Part shown: positions 1-10,739 of the stretch, piece after piece
How the letters are laid out: every line of letters starts with the position of its first letter
Numbering within the stretch: the first letter of the stretch is position 1
DNA from: Candidatus Poribacteria bacterium
GTDB taxonomy: Bacteria > Poribacteria > WGA-4E > WGA-3G
Assembly (NCBI GenBank): GCA_965205025.1
Contig: CBDBFU010000013.1
Span: 96,001-160,000 of the forward strand
Length of the DNA stretch: 64,000 nucleotides
Direction of reading: 5' to 3'
Translations under genes and position numbers: made by a program
The notes under the pieces: generated by a model
Database searches by the model: none
Told to the model about the DNA's origin: nothing
Seen by the model: only the letters and a program-made list of their open reading frames with translations

Positions 1-1458
1 AAGATTCTGGTAGATTGAAATGATAGTGTCAACTTCACCAGCATTTATAATACGAATTGCTTCTTTCATTTGCAAATCATATTTTAAATTAACAACGCGA
101 TCAATACCTACATTAAGGTTGAATAGTAGTTCAGCACGTTGGGTTATCCAATCCATACTAACACGTAATCCATCATCAAACAGATTCTGTCTCAGTTTTG
201 GTAATTCTGGTTCAAGTTTCGTAAAGTCTTGTGGCAATTCTCCAGTTCTTTTAGTTTCTTCTTCAATCCATAATGTAATAAAGTTCTCAATTACATTTCT
301 CTCAACAACTAATCTTCTCCACGTTTGTTCGATTCTATCAGGCACAGGATCAACAATAGTAACTTGAGGTGTAATTCCAGACTTGTCTATAGATGTGCCG
401 TTTGGAGTAAAATATGAGGAAATTGTAATTGAGATTGCTCCTATACCTGAAAGAGGATATCGTTTCTGTACAACTCCCTTTCCGTAAGTTTTTGTACCTA
501 TCAATATACCGCGTCCAGTATCCTTAATTGCACCTGCGACGATTTCTGATGCACTGGCACTGAATTCATCAACAAGGATGACAACAGGAATATTAGGGTC
601 ACACAGAATATCCTTATGTGCAGGGTAAGTGCTATCAAATTCACTTCTTCTCCCTTTAGTAGATACGATCGTTCCTTCACTAATGAATGCATCAGCAATA
701 TGATATGCTGCATCAAGGAGACCTCCTTGATTACTACGCAGATCTAATATGAGGGCTTGCATCCCATTTGTTTGATGTGAAGCTAATGCTCTATTAAATT
801 CCTCTTCAGTCCCACCTAACCGATCTTTTCCAATGAATTTTGTTATTTGTATATAACCGATGTCCCCATCCAACATAGTGGTATTTACACTTGGTATGGA
901 TATTTTTGCACGTGTTAGTCTGACTTCAAAGGGGTCGAGAAATTTTCGTTGAACTGTTAGGGTCACATCTGTGTTGACATCACCACGCAATAAATCAACC
1001 ACATCATGAATTGTCATCCCTGTAGTATCACCCAAATAAATCTGTTTTCCATCAACTTTTGTAATATAATCACCAGCCTGTAGATGTGCACCTTCAGCGG
1101 GAGTTCCAGGCATTGGTTTGGATATCTTAATAAAACCACGATGATCTGGATATATTTGAACTCCAAGCCCCCCGAATTTAGCGTTGTATAGATTCTCTAC
1201 TGAACGCCGATGATCACGTTCTGACAGTAAATAGGTATAAGGGTCACCGATTGATGCAAGTGCCCCTTTAATTGCCCCCTGATACATTTCATTTCGATCA
1301 ATAGGTTTATAATAATTATCTTCAGCAGTATTGATAGCAGATTCAAGAGCTCTGTTTAACATTGCTGGCGTTAGACGTTCATCACTTGAATGAATGAAGA
1401 GTAATGGTATACCGATTGCAATTAATAAGACTATGAATGATAGCACAAATCTTTTCAT
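1..1458 (-). CDS. ctpA: S41 family carboxy-terminal processing protease (PDZ + S41), runs off the window edge
   Basis: Manually translated, not in the ORF track: MKRFVLSFIV..., GDPYT, FGGLGVQI, PDZ domain, LILDLRSNQGG, SASASEIVAGA, TYGKG. Confidence 0.9.
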   Translation of the reverse strand, partial: MKRFVLSFIVLLIAIGIPLLFIHSSDERLTPAMLNRALESAINTAEDNYYKPIDRNEMYQGAIKGALASIGDPYTYLLSERDHRRSVENLYNAKFGGLGVQIYPDHRGFIKISKPMPGTPAEGAHLQAGDYITKVDGKQIYLGDTTGMTIHDVVDLLRGDVNTDVTLTVQRKFLDPFEVRLTRAKISIPSVNTTMLDGDIGYIQITKFIGKDRLGGTEEEFNRALASHQTNGMQALILDLRSNQGGLLDAAYHIADAFISEGTIVSTKGRRSEFDSTYPAHKDILCDPNIPVVILVDEFSASASEIVAGAIKDTGRGILIGTKTYGKGVVQKRYPLSGIGAISITISSYFTPNGTSIDKSGITPQVTIVDPVPDRIEQTWRRLVVERNVIENFITLWIEEETKRTGELPQDFTKLEPELPKLRQNLFDDGLRVSMDWITQRAELLFNLNVGIDRVVNLKYDLQMKEAIRIINAGEVDTIISIYQNL

Positions 1459-1681
1459 TAATGATCCCTCTTGGAATTTATAGGTAGAAGATCTATTGGA
1501 ACATAATCATCATCGATTTTGAATTATTAGGTTATTATATTTTAGCAGGTATATTACATTTATTCAATGTATTTTCAATGGTATTCAATTCCTAATGTGT
1601 TGTATTGTATTTTGAATCTACCTATATGATTCTTATTTGATTTTATTTAACGATCATGTATCGGATGTATACTTGGTGAAT

Positions 1682-2596
1682 TTATGAACTATCATTTATC
1701 TTTTCAGGTTGTGTTTTCCACCTGTTATGTATCCATAACCACTGATCCGGATATTGTCGTATATATTTTTCTAATTGAGTTAAAAGTTGGGTAGTATAAT
1801 GCTTCACGTCAGATTCCAGATCCCCTGATGACTTTGTATAGATTGGTGGTAAAATCTCCACATAATGACTTCCGTCCGGTTTTCTGATGTCCAGTGAGAA
1901 AAGGATTGGAGATTCTGTTTTTAACGCCAGGGTTACAGGTCCCCTTGCGGTAGACGCGGGTGTCCCAAAAAAGTCTATAAATACACCATGTTCTCCTGCA
2001 TTTTGATCTGCGAAAAAACCGACTGCTTGATTGTTTCTTAATGCCCTTAGTGATTCCTTAACAGCATTTTTTCTGGGTATTAATTCTAAACTAAAGAGTT
2101 CACGGTATCTCCATACCATATCATTTAATGGTTGATTTTTTAATGGAAATGCGATTGCTTTGGCTTGATTTGGTATGAGTGTCCCATATACAAGTGAGAG
2201 AAGTTCCCAGTTTCCAAAATGTGGAAGAAATACAATTACTCCTTTTCCGAATTCCATAGCAGTTTCAAGATGTTCCTTTCCAACAACTGAAACATTATGC
2301 CAAATATTCTCATCATTCATTTTAGGAAATCGCATGAATTCGACTACAGTTTTACTAAGATTAATAAAACTGTCTTTACAGATTTTAAGTCGTTCATTTT
2401 CGGTTATTTCATTATCAAATGCTACCTGTATATTATGTATTGCGATTTCTCTTCTTTTCTTGAGTGTATAAAATAATAGCAGTCCAATTCCTTTGGCAAG
2501 AAACATTGCCATCTTTTTAGTTAGAATACGACAAAATAAACCAAATAACCATATAGTATTGTATACAAATCTGTCTTTGAGTATTTTAGGTATCAA
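1682..2596 (-). CDS. Lipid A lauroyl/lysophospholipid acyltransferase (LpxL/HtrB family)
   Basis: HFGNWE, ADQ, FFG, PDQWLWIHNRWK motifs. Confidence 0.9.
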   Translation of the reverse strand: MIPKILKDRFVYNTIWLFGLFCRILTKKMAMFLAKGIGLLLFYTLKKRREIAIHNIQVAFDNEITENERLKICKDSFINLSKTVVEFMRFPKMNDENIWHNVSVVGKEHLETAMEFGKGVIVFLPHFGNWELLSLVYGTLIPNQAKAIAFPLKNQPLNDMVWRYRELFSLELIPRKNAVKESLRALRNNQAVGFFADQNAGEHGVFIDFFGTPASTARGPVTLALKTESPILFSLDIRKPDGSHYVEILPPIYTKSSGDLESDVKHYTTQLLTQLEKYIRQYPDQWLWIHNRWKTQPEKINDSS

Positions 2597-2736
2597 TATA
2601 TTCCTCTAACCCATTAGTGTATTTATGTGATACTTGACGTTGTTCATCCAATTCGAAATATACATATATGATACTCCGAGAATATAATCTGGACATGTAT
2701 TTAAGGATTTGATAGGATAGAAATAAGGAGGAGAAG

Positions 2737-3042
2737 ATGAGTGAAGAAATTAGAACTGATATAAAAGGTATCGAACGATTCGTATTTGAAAAGGGAACTG
2801 ATCCTGATCGGCTACATTTACACATTTCTGAAGTTGAGCCAGGTCAACGAGCACATGCACCCCACACCCATGAGGGTTTAGAGGTATTCTATGTTTTCTC
2901 TGGTAAGGGAGAAGTTCTGTTTGGAGATAAAAAACACCTTCTATCTGATAATCAAGCAATCCAAGTGGATTGTACGGTTTTGCATGGTATACGGAATGTT
3001 GGTGAGACAAAACTGAAATACGCGGTTATAATTGCTCGATAA
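2737..3042 (+). CDS. Cupin domain protein
   Basis: HAPHTH..EVFYV.SG and H...N cupin motifs; AAGGAGG RBS. Confidence 0.85.
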   Translation: MSEEIRTDIKGIERFVFEKGTDPDRLHLHISEVEPGQRAHAPHTHEGLEVFYVFSGKGEVLFGDKKHLLSDNQAIQVDCTVLHGIRNVGETKLKYAVIIAR

Positions 3043-3077
3043 TATGAGAGATAATCACAAAAGAGTGTTTGAAGCAA

Positions 3078-3506
3078 TTATATAGATTCAGAATTAGAGT
3101 GTGTATACAATCTAATTATATCGTAAATCCCTCCTATAATCAGAAGTATACCTATGCTTGTGATACCTCTACGTATCCATATTGGATTAATTTTGTGGGG
3201 TAAATTGTAGAGGAGTATTGGTTGTAATAGATGTGATAATCCTATATTCACATAGAAAACACCGTAGGAAATAAGGCAAACTTCACTCAATAGTTGTTGT
3301 TTCTGTTGATTAACTGGTAAGTTGAATATATTTATTAGATAGTCTCCTGAGAAAACCAAAATCAAGCCAACAACGAAAAATGTCAACAGTGTTAAGATAG
3401 AATACCCCGATTGTCTAAGCAAAATGGATATTAATACACTGACCCCACCTAAGATTAGACTGATTACTCCTTGAAAGATTCGGACTCCTCGACTATATGC
3501 TAACAT
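3078..3506 (-). CDS. Hypothetical multi-pass membrane protein
   Basis: About 4 hydrophobic segments. Confidence 0.5.
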   Translation of the reverse strand: MLAYSRGVRIFQGVISLILGGVSVLISILLRQSGYSILTLLTFFVVGLILVFSGDYLINIFNLPVNQQKQQLLSEVCLISYGVFYVNIGLSHLLQPILLYNLPHKINPIWIRRGITSIGILLIIGGIYDIIRLYTHSNSESI

Positions 3507-3667
3507 TATAATTTATGTATAATCCTCTGAGAGTCCTATCTGAATGAAGTATATCCATAAAAGAATAAAACACAGATTCTGTCAGAGGATCTATTTCCTC
3601 TATACTTGCCTCTTGGATTTTGGTTTGATAAGGGATATTCGTTTCGATTTCCAATCTTAAATTGATC

Positions 3668-4606
3668 TTATAATTCAATTTCAAGGTTTAACCAACGTAT
3701 CTCTTTATCAGTTAGTTGTAGGTCTAATGCCCCAATAGAAGATTTCATTTCATCTAAATTTGCAGGACCTACTACAGGAAACATTGGAAATGGCAGGTGA
3801 ACGCAGTATGAAAGAGAAACCTGAATTGGAGAAAATCCGTATTTTGTACCCAGTTGTTTTGCGCGTTCAAGTCTTTCAAAGTTCTCATCATTGTAATATA
3901 CACGTACCATATCCCCGTTATCTCTATTTTCAGGTGTAAATGCACCACTGAAAAAACCGCGTGCTTGTGAAGACCAAGGCATGAGTGGGAATTGCTTATC
4001 TTTATGCCATCGGCGACCATCATCGTCAACACAGACACATCCTCCCCACATTGGTTCCATTGGAACAGCGAGACTGATATTATTACTGCAGGCAACGAAT
4101 CCATTTAACCCATTTTCTTTGGCGTAAGTATTTGCTTCATCAATACGATGTGGATGCCAGTTAGAGGCTGCGATCGCTCTAATCTTTCCTGTCTGCATCT
4201 CTTCATTTAGGTAATCAATAATCGTTTTTACAGGCATATCAGGATCATCTCTATGTAGCATGTAAAGATCAATATAATCGGACTGAAGACGTTCTAAATT
4301 TTCTTGTAAGTCTTGTCTGACAAATTCAGGAGATACTCTTACAGGAACCCCTCCGTGTGGATGTCCACCTTTATCAATGATAAAGACTTTATCTCTATTC
4401 CCTCTATCTTTCATCCAAAGACCAATTAGTCTTTCGCTATTGCCACCACCATAAATATGAGCAGTATCTAATGCATTTCCACCTGCCTCAAAGAAAGCAT
4501 CAAGCATTTCTGTGCTATGTTCATATTCTCCCGGTGAATACATCATTGTTCCCAGTATCAGTTGTGATATTTCCTTGTCGACACCTGGGATTTTAATCCG
4601 CTTCAT
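3668..4606 (-). CDS. Aldo/keto reductase
   Basis: LGT, DTAHIYG, SE..IG.W, DYIDLYMLHRDD, GKIRAIAASN. Confidence 0.92.
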   Translation of the reverse strand: MKRIKIPGVDKEISQLILGTMMYSPGEYEHSTEMLDAFFEAGGNALDTAHIYGGGNSERLIGLWMKDRGNRDKVFIIDKGGHPHGGVPVRVSPEFVRQDLQENLERLQSDYIDLYMLHRDDPDMPVKTIIDYLNEEMQTGKIRAIAASNWHPHRIDEANTYAKENGLNGFVACSNNISLAVPMEPMWGGCVCVDDDGRRWHKDKQFPLMPWSSQARGFFSGAFTPENRDNGDMVRVYYNDENFERLERAKQLGTKYGFSPIQVSLSYCVHLPFPMFPVVGPANLDEMKSSIGALDLQLTDKEIRWLNLEIEL

Positions 4607-4830
4607 GAAATGTAATCCTTTGTCCTGAAATATTTTACAATTGATTATTTACTCAACACCAATAGGGTAATACAATCAAATATATCGTGGTAAGAAAATA
4701 TATTGCATTTAAAATCCACCATATTTCAATAGTATGGGAAATAGATATTGGTAAAACCAAGCTAAAATACATCCTTAAATAATACCACATACACATGGGA
4801 AAAACCATGTTAAATTTTGAATATTAACAG

Positions 4831-5793
4831 TTAGATTCTATTCCTATAAATGGCTTCAACAAGTTCCATTGTTTTTATTGCATCATCAAAACAGGTTAAT
4901 GGTTGTTGATCCGATTTAATTGAATCCACAAAATGTCTGCTTTCACCATAAAATCCGTAGGATATATAGTTTAAATCTGTACCTGCAGCTTCTTCGGTTG
5001 TTATCTCTGTGATTCCGTCAGATGTATAGATCTTAGCACTTCCACCATCATCTGGGTTAATATATGCGGAAATACCAGATGCGTGCATCTCAAATATATG
5101 TATACGACCCCCAACTGCCCAATTTGTGCATAAATATCCTGAAGCACCACTTGTGAACTTAACAATAGCGTTAAAACTATTCTCTCTTTCAGAGTTGAAA
5201 GAATTTATATCGCTTGCTACGGCTTGTACTTCTCCCCCACCTAACCATCGTAATGCATCTACAGCGTGTACTGCATCACAGGTTAACACATCAATTATAC
5301 CATCATAGTATAAGGCATTAGGAGAGTTCTTATGAAATGTGGACATACATTGAATTATTGGTCCATCTTCTTCAACTATTTCTTTAACTTTCTGAAGTAA
5401 TGGTATAAAACGTCGATTGAATCCAACCATTGTCTTGCATTCAAATTTCTCTGCTGCCAATGCCATCTCTCTTGTCTGGTGTAATGTTATACCTGGAGGT
5501 TTCTCTATGAAAACATGATGCTGTTGCGAAAGACAATGCATCACCAGTGGAAAAAGATGTTGTGGTGGCATCAAAATATAAACCGCATCTGGACTCGTTT
5601 TTTCCAGCATTTCACGATAGTCGTTAAATGTTTGGTCTATTTTAAATCGTTCTGCTGTGGAATGAAGTTTGGATTCTACCAAATCACATATCCCAACTAA
5701 GTTTACATCCTCAAATTCAGATAAAGATGGGTAATGGACACCATTTGCCATACCACCTGCCCCAATTAATGCTATATTCACAGAATTCATCAT
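4831..5793 (-). CDS. Gfo/Idh/MocA family oxidoreductase
   Basis: IGAGG Rossmann motif, EKP, GFNRRF, H.VD. Confidence 0.92.
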   Translation of the reverse strand: MMNSVNIALIGAGGMANGVHYPSLSEFEDVNLVGICDLVESKLHSTAERFKIDQTFNDYREMLEKTSPDAVYILMPPQHLFPLVMHCLSQQHHVFIEKPPGITLHQTREMALAAEKFECKTMVGFNRRFIPLLQKVKEIVEEDGPIIQCMSTFHKNSPNALYYDGIIDVLTCDAVHAVDALRWLGGGEVQAVASDINSFNSERENSFNAIVKFTSGASGYLCTNWAVGGRIHIFEMHASGISAYINPDDGGSAKIYTSDGITEITTEEAAGTDLNYISYGFYGESRHFVDSIKSDQQPLTCFDDAIKTMELVEAIYRNRI

Positions 5794-5904
5794 TTACTCC
5801 ATATCATGTAGTTTCTATTGTATATTACAAGAGAAAATGATAAAATTCAATGACCTACTATAATCTTATTGTGGATTTTACATCGCTCAGATAGATTCAG
5901 GCAT

Positions 5905-7488
5905 ATGGAATTTGATCCCATTAAATTAGAACTGTATAAGAATATACTGACATCTGTTTCTGAAGAGATGGGTGTTACCCTCCAACGTACCTCTTTCTCG
6001 CCAAATATTAAAGAAAGATTAGATTTTTCATGTGCATTATTTGATGGAACTGGACAGATGATTGCCCAAGCTGCACATATACCTGTTCATCTCGGTTCTA
6101 TGCCACTATCTGTCTTAGCTGCGATTGAAAAAACTAAGATCGAGCGAGGTGATATGGTCATCCTTAATGATCCATATCAAGGGGGGACACACCTACCTGA
6201 TATTACATTAGTTTCTCCTGTATTTGGTGATGATGATGTACCTTACTTTTATGTTGCGAATCGAGCACACCATGCTGATGTTGGTGGGATGACACCAGGG
6301 TCAATGCCACTTGCTACAAGCGTAATACAAGAGGGGATTCGTATTCCACCAATTAAATTGTATAAAAAAGGAGAATTAAATACAGATATATGGGAACTCA
6401 TCCTGACGAATGTGCGAACCCCAGCAGAACGAAAAGGTGATCTGGAAGCACAGATTGCTGCAAACCGAATTGGGGAACTTCGACTATTGGAAATTGTAGA
6501 AAAATACGGTATCTCAGAAATACAGACATATATGAAGGAACTTTGTTCATATTCAAATCGTATGGTCAGATCGGTTTTAAAAGAGATACCAAATGGTAAG
6601 TATGAATTCTCAGATTATTTAGACAACGATGGATTCATAGATGAAAAAATAGAGATAAGAGTTTCTATTGAGATTAATGATGACACTGCTATTGTAGATT
6701 TTACTGGAACATCCCCTCAAGTAAAAGGTTCAGTTAATGCGATATATGCAATCACGCTTTCTGCAGTTTTCTATACTTTTCGATGTATTGTTGATGAAGA
6801 CATTCCTTCTAATTCAGGCTGTATTCAACCTATTCAAGTAATTGCTCCTGAAGGAACAGTTGTGAATGCTATTTTTCCTGCGGCTGTAGCGGGTGGAAAT
6901 GTGGAAACCTCTCAAAGAATTGTTGACGTACTATTTGGGGCATTAGCAAAAGCGTGTCCAGAACGAATTCCTGCAGCAAGTAGTGGATCTATGAATAACA
7001 TTACCGTAGGTGGAAGTGATGTATTAAGAGGAAGAGAATTCACCTATTATGAGACAATTGCAGGTGGCATGGGAGCACGTCCAGATAGAGATGGAACTGA
7101 TGCTATTCATACACACATGACGAATACTATGAATACCCCTATTGAGGCAATCGAAACAAGTTATCCGCTTCAGGTTGAGGAGTATTCAATACGACGTGGT
7201 ACTGGGGGGAGTGGGAAATACCGTGGTGGTGATGGGATAGTTCGATCATTTCGTATACTCACAGATGCTGAAGTCACAATTTTATCAGAGCGAAGAGAAG
7301 TTAATCCATACGGACTGAATGATGGAGAACCGGGGGAATGTGGTAAAAACACCTTAATTCATAACGGTGAAAAACGTACTTTAGAAGGCAAAGTCACCAT
7401 ATTTGTAGAGGAAGGAGATATCATAAAAATCGAAACGCCTGGGGGTGGTGGCTACGGATTGTCAGTTAACAAATTACTTAAGAAGTAA
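5905..7488 (+). CDS. Hydantoinase B / 5-oxoprolinase subunit
   Basis: SPNIKERLDFSCALFD, HIPVHLGSM, NDPYQGGTHLPD, TPGGGGYG; probable start MEFD at 5905. Confidence 0.92.
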   Translation: MEFDPIKLELYKNILTSVSEEMGVTLQRTSFSPNIKERLDFSCALFDGTGQMIAQAAHIPVHLGSMPLSVLAAIEKTKIERGDMVILNDPYQGGTHLPDITLVSPVFGDDDVPYFYVANRAHHADVGGMTPGSMPLATSVIQEGIRIPPIKLYKKGELNTDIWELILTNVRTPAERKGDLEAQIAANRIGELRLLEIVEKYGISEIQTYMKELCSYSNRMVRSVLKEIPNGKYEFSDYLDNDGFIDEKIEIRVSIEINDDTAIVDFTGTSPQVKGSVNAIYAITLSAVFYTFRCIVDEDIPSNSGCIQPIQVIAPEGTVVNAIFPAAVAGGNVETSQRIVDVLFGALAKACPERIPAASSGSMNNITVGGSDVLRGREFTYYETIAGGMGARPDRDGTDAIHTHMTNTMNTPIEAIETSYPLQVEEYSIRRGTGGSGKYRGGDGIVRSFRILTDAEVTILSERREVNPYGLNDGEPGECGKNTLIHNGEKRTLEGKVTIFVEEGDIIKIETPGGGGYGLSVNKLLKK

Positions 7489-7494
7489 ATGCTC

Positions 7495-7557
7495 AATCTA
7501 CAAATAGAGAAGGCAGTTATGCATTTGTGTCATAACTGCCTTCTCTATTTGTAGATT
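7495..7557. terminator. 27-bp perfect inverted repeat between convergent genes (probable bidirectional terminator)
   Basis: aatctacaaatagagaaggcagttatg / 9-nt loop / cataactgccttctctatttgtagatt. Confidence 0.75.
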
Positions 7558-7574
7558 CTATTTTAAATGAATTT

Positions 7575-8924
7575 CTAAGACAATCCTTTAAGACTTCCTG
7601 TACTATCACCTAATCGTTGCATGTTGACATCCATTCTATTTAGTAATGAAAGCCAAAGGTTATTGAGAGGGGTTTCTTTTGGATATTCAATGTGTCGTCC
7701 ACTATTAAGTGTACCACATCCATTCCCAGCTAATATTATGGGTAGATCGTGGTGGCTATGACGATTTCCGTCTGCGTTACCACTTCCATATACAATCATG
7801 GAATGATCAAGGAGTGTACCTTCACCCTCGGGTATTGCATTGAGTTTTTCTAAAAAGTAGGCAAGTTGTTCAGTATGGAAGATATTGATTCTTAGAATCT
7901 TGGCTATCTTTTCTTCATCTCCACCGTGATGAGAAAGATTATGATGTCCATCAGAAACATTGACAGCTGGATATGTCTTGTTACTACCTTCGTTAGCAAG
8001 TACAAAAGTAGCGATCCTAGTTACGTCTGTTTGAAATGCAAGTATTATGAGATCCATCATGAGACGTACATGTTCCTGAAAATCTGAAGGTATATCATCG
8101 GGTGCGGAAAACTCTATGTTTTCAATAGGTGGAAATTTTTCAGCAGATTCAATCCTTTGTTCAATGTCCCTAATAGAAGAGAAATATTCATCAAGTTTTC
8201 GTACATCATTCCCACTAACCTTTTGAATTAGATCCTTTGAATCCTGTCGAACAAAATCAAGTATACTTTTTCGCTCAGCATCACGTTGTGTTCTTTCTGC
8301 ATCAGGTTCAGTAGAAAACAGACGTTCAAAAGCGAGTTTCGGATTTACTTCTTTTGGTAAAGGTTGCGTTGCAGACTTCCAAGCCATAGTTGATGAATAT
8401 ACACAACTGTAACCTGAGTCGCAATTTCCAGCTCTATAGCCTTTATCAATTCCGAGTTCAAGCGAAGGAATACGTGTTTGATTTCCGATCTGTGTAGCGG
8501 CAGCTTGATCAACAGAAATTCCTGCATGGATATCAGTACCACTTGTCTTACGGGGTTGTGCACCTGTTAGGAATGCAGCCATTGCTCTGGCATGATCCCC
8601 ACCACCATCACCGTTTGCACGGGCTTTATCCGCAGTTAATCCACTTAAGACAAGTGTTTTATCTTGTACCTTTTCTAACGGTTTTAGAATTTTTGTGAGT
8701 TCAAAGCCAGCTCCAACAGTTTGTGGTGTCCACTCCTCCATAATTTTCCCATTGGGTACATAAAGAAATGCTATACGATTAGGGGTAACCTGTCCAGTCA
8801 TCCCTTTCGTTGCAGCTGTTGCCCAATTTGTTAAGGGGCCCATGGATTCCAACCAAGGTAAGGCAATTGTCACACCTAAACCACGTAAGAATGTGCGTCG
8901 TGATAACTGTTTTTTGAATTCCAT
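7575..8924 (-). CDS. DUF1552 domain protein with Tat-like signal
   Basis: SRRTFLRG, YVPNG, SLELG, HH.LSHH, EGEGTLLD. Confidence 0.9.
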   Translation of the reverse strand: MEFKKQLSRRTFLRGLGVTIALPWLESMGPLTNWATAATKGMTGQVTPNRIAFLYVPNGKIMEEWTPQTVGAGFELTKILKPLEKVQDKTLVLSGLTADKARANGDGGGDHARAMAAFLTGAQPRKTSGTDIHAGISVDQAAATQIGNQTRIPSLELGIDKGYRAGNCDSGYSCVYSSTMAWKSATQPLPKEVNPKLAFERLFSTEPDAERTQRDAERKSILDFVRQDSKDLIQKVSGNDVRKLDEYFSSIRDIEQRIESAEKFPPIENIEFSAPDDIPSDFQEHVRLMMDLIILAFQTDVTRIATFVLANEGSNKTYPAVNVSDGHHNLSHHGGDEEKIAKILRINIFHTEQLAYFLEKLNAIPEGEGTLLDHSMIVYGSGNADGNRHSHHDLPIILAGNGCGTLNSGRHIEYPKETPLNNLWLSLLNRMDVNMQRLGDSTGSLKGLS

Positions 8925-9243
8925 AACTCTCGAATTACTCCTTGAACCATTTTAGGGAAACTATTCAGACCGGAATGAAATTAAATAATGTATATCATAC
9001 ACGTAATTTTACCTTAGTACAATAAAAAATGCAAATCAAAATCTAAGATCGGGGTGTGTAAAGTTTTTGTCACTAATCATTACGTAGCAATAGTATGTGG
9101 ATCCCAATATTTATCTCAGAAATCATTTTACAAACAATGTTCCTCTTGCTTTCAAAGTGAGATCGAACACCTAATTCTGTTGGATGAATGGATAATGTGA
9201 ATGTAAAAAAGTGTTAATATCTATCGTTTTGAAATGATAGCAC

Positions 9244-9326
9244 TTTCACGGAAACCTTCACGGAGCATTTTTACGAGCCCTTATTCTATAAGGGTTTATA
9301 ATTAAAACATACCAATTTTCCGTGAA
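9244..9326. repeat. 83-bp element: TTCACGGA x2, central palindrome, inverted TTCCGTGAA
   Basis: Related copy at 60500-60583. Confidence 0.6.
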
Positions 9327-9399
9327 TCACATACGTTAATCATATTATAACTTAAGTGTGTATTATGTACTTATATGTTTTTCATCCGTAGTGTATTGG

Positions 9400-9472
9400 G
9401 ACATAGCACTCCGCTGGAGTGCCAGACTGTTCCGATATTGTTTTCTATAGACATAGTACTCCGCTGGAGTAC
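9400..9472. repeat. Direct pair of REP-like hairpins ACATAG(C/T)ACTCC-GCT-GGAGT(G/A)C
   Basis: Two copies with a compensatory stem change; same CC-GCT-GG loop as 60363-60397. Confidence 0.65.
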
Positions 9473-9571
9473 GGTATTTTTGATATAGAAAACTCCAAAA
9501 AATAGACTTATCATTAGATTCTCAGTTACCTCCTGAAATAGAATTGTCATAATTATAGTAGTGAAGAATAA

Positions 9572-9632
9572 TCAGAAGGACCAGTATAGTTCGGAGATGG
9601 TGGATTTTTGCTCTGGAGTGACATACCTAACA
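9572..9632 (+). repeat. 61-bp inverted copy of gluconolactonase coding segment 10412-10472
   Basis: 56/61 identity by manual alignment. Confidence 0.85.
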
Positions 9633-9656
9633 TATGTCAACCTAAACGAAGAATTT

Positions 9657-10706
9657 TTAAAATAGTGGTGCCCCTTGTGCCTCAACATAAACAGAATATA
9701 GAGATTGGCTTGCAGTCATGAAGAGTCGATTACGTTTTACTCCACCAAAACATAAATTGGCACAGATTTCTGGTAAATGAATCTTTCCTATCAATGTACT
9801 GTCAGGATCAAAGACATGAACACCGTCAAATCCTTCACCTACCCAACCAGCACCTGCCCAAACATTGCCATCTGTATCACAGCGGAGACCATCTGCAGTC
9901 CCTGGTGCCATATCAGCAAATACCTTTTTATTCTCTAACCGTTCACTATTCATCACATCAAATACAATGATATTTTTAGGTGAACCTGTATCGGCAATAT
10001 ACAGTTTTTCATAGTCCGGAGAGAAACACAGACCGTTAGGTTTTTCTAACTCCTCTGTGACTACTGTTGCAGTTCCTCTATCAGGATTAAGACGATAAAC
10101 AGAAGTAGGTAACTCAAAGGCTGATTTATGTCCTTCGTAATTAAATAAAATTCCATATCCTGGATCAGTAAACCATATATGTCCGTCGGGATGGACGACA
10201 GCGTCGTTTGGTGCGTTTAAGCGTTTTCCATCGTATTTATCTATCAACACTGTTATAGATCCATCATATTCGGTTCGTGTCACTCGACGTGTACCGTGTT
10301 CGCAACTGATGAGTCTTCCTTGTCTATCGCGCGTGTGTCCGTTGGAATTATTTGAAGGTTTGCGATAAACACTCACCAATCCAGTGGCTTCCTGCCATTT
10401 TAAAATACGATTGTTAGGTATGTCACTCCAGAGTAGAAAGCCACCATCTCCGAACCAAACTGGTCCTTCTGACCATCGAGCACCTGTCCATAGTCTTTCA
10501 ACTACAGCGTTACCAATCTTAATTTTTGAGAAACGCTGGTCAATTACTTCAACAGCTGGATCAGGATAACGTTTGACAGGTCTATTAGGATTGTATTCAT
10601 CGGCAAAAGTTTTTAATGAACTTAATAATGGAATAGTGGTAGATGCTGCTCCTATTGCAAGTCCGTGTAAGAATGATCTTCGTGATAGATGTTTTTCTGA
10701 TTTCAT
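9657..10706 (-). CDS. SMP-30/gluconolactonase/LRE family protein, Tat signal
   Basis: SRRSFL, EGPVW, WSDIP, NAPND, PNGLCFSPD, DGLRCD. Confidence 0.92.
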   Translation of the reverse strand: MKSEKHLSRRSFLHGLAIGAASTTIPLLSSLKTFADEYNPNRPVKRYPDPAVEVIDQRFSKIKIGNAVVERLWTGARWSEGPVWFGDGGFLLWSDIPNNRILKWQEATGLVSVYRKPSNNSNGHTRDRQGRLISCEHGTRRVTRTEYDGSITVLIDKYDGKRLNAPNDAVVHPDGHIWFTDPGYGILFNYEGHKSAFELPTSVYRLNPDRGTATVVTEELEKPNGLCFSPDYEKLYIADTGSPKNIIVFDVMNSERLENKKVFADMAPGTADGLRCDTDGNVWAGAGWVGEGFDGVHVFDPDSTLIGKIHLPEICANLCFGGVKRNRLFMTASQSLYSVYVEAQGAPLF

Positions 10707-10739
10707 GTTTATACCCTACATAATATACAAGAATGATAA

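Noticed and set aside
3493-3684. 63-aa ORF or duplicated AKR tail (LEIE)
   Set aside because: Similarity too short and no clear RBS.
9572-10472. 61-bp repeat as a DGR template/variable pair
   Set aside because: Mismatches are not confined to adenines, most are synonymous, and no reverse transcriptase is present.
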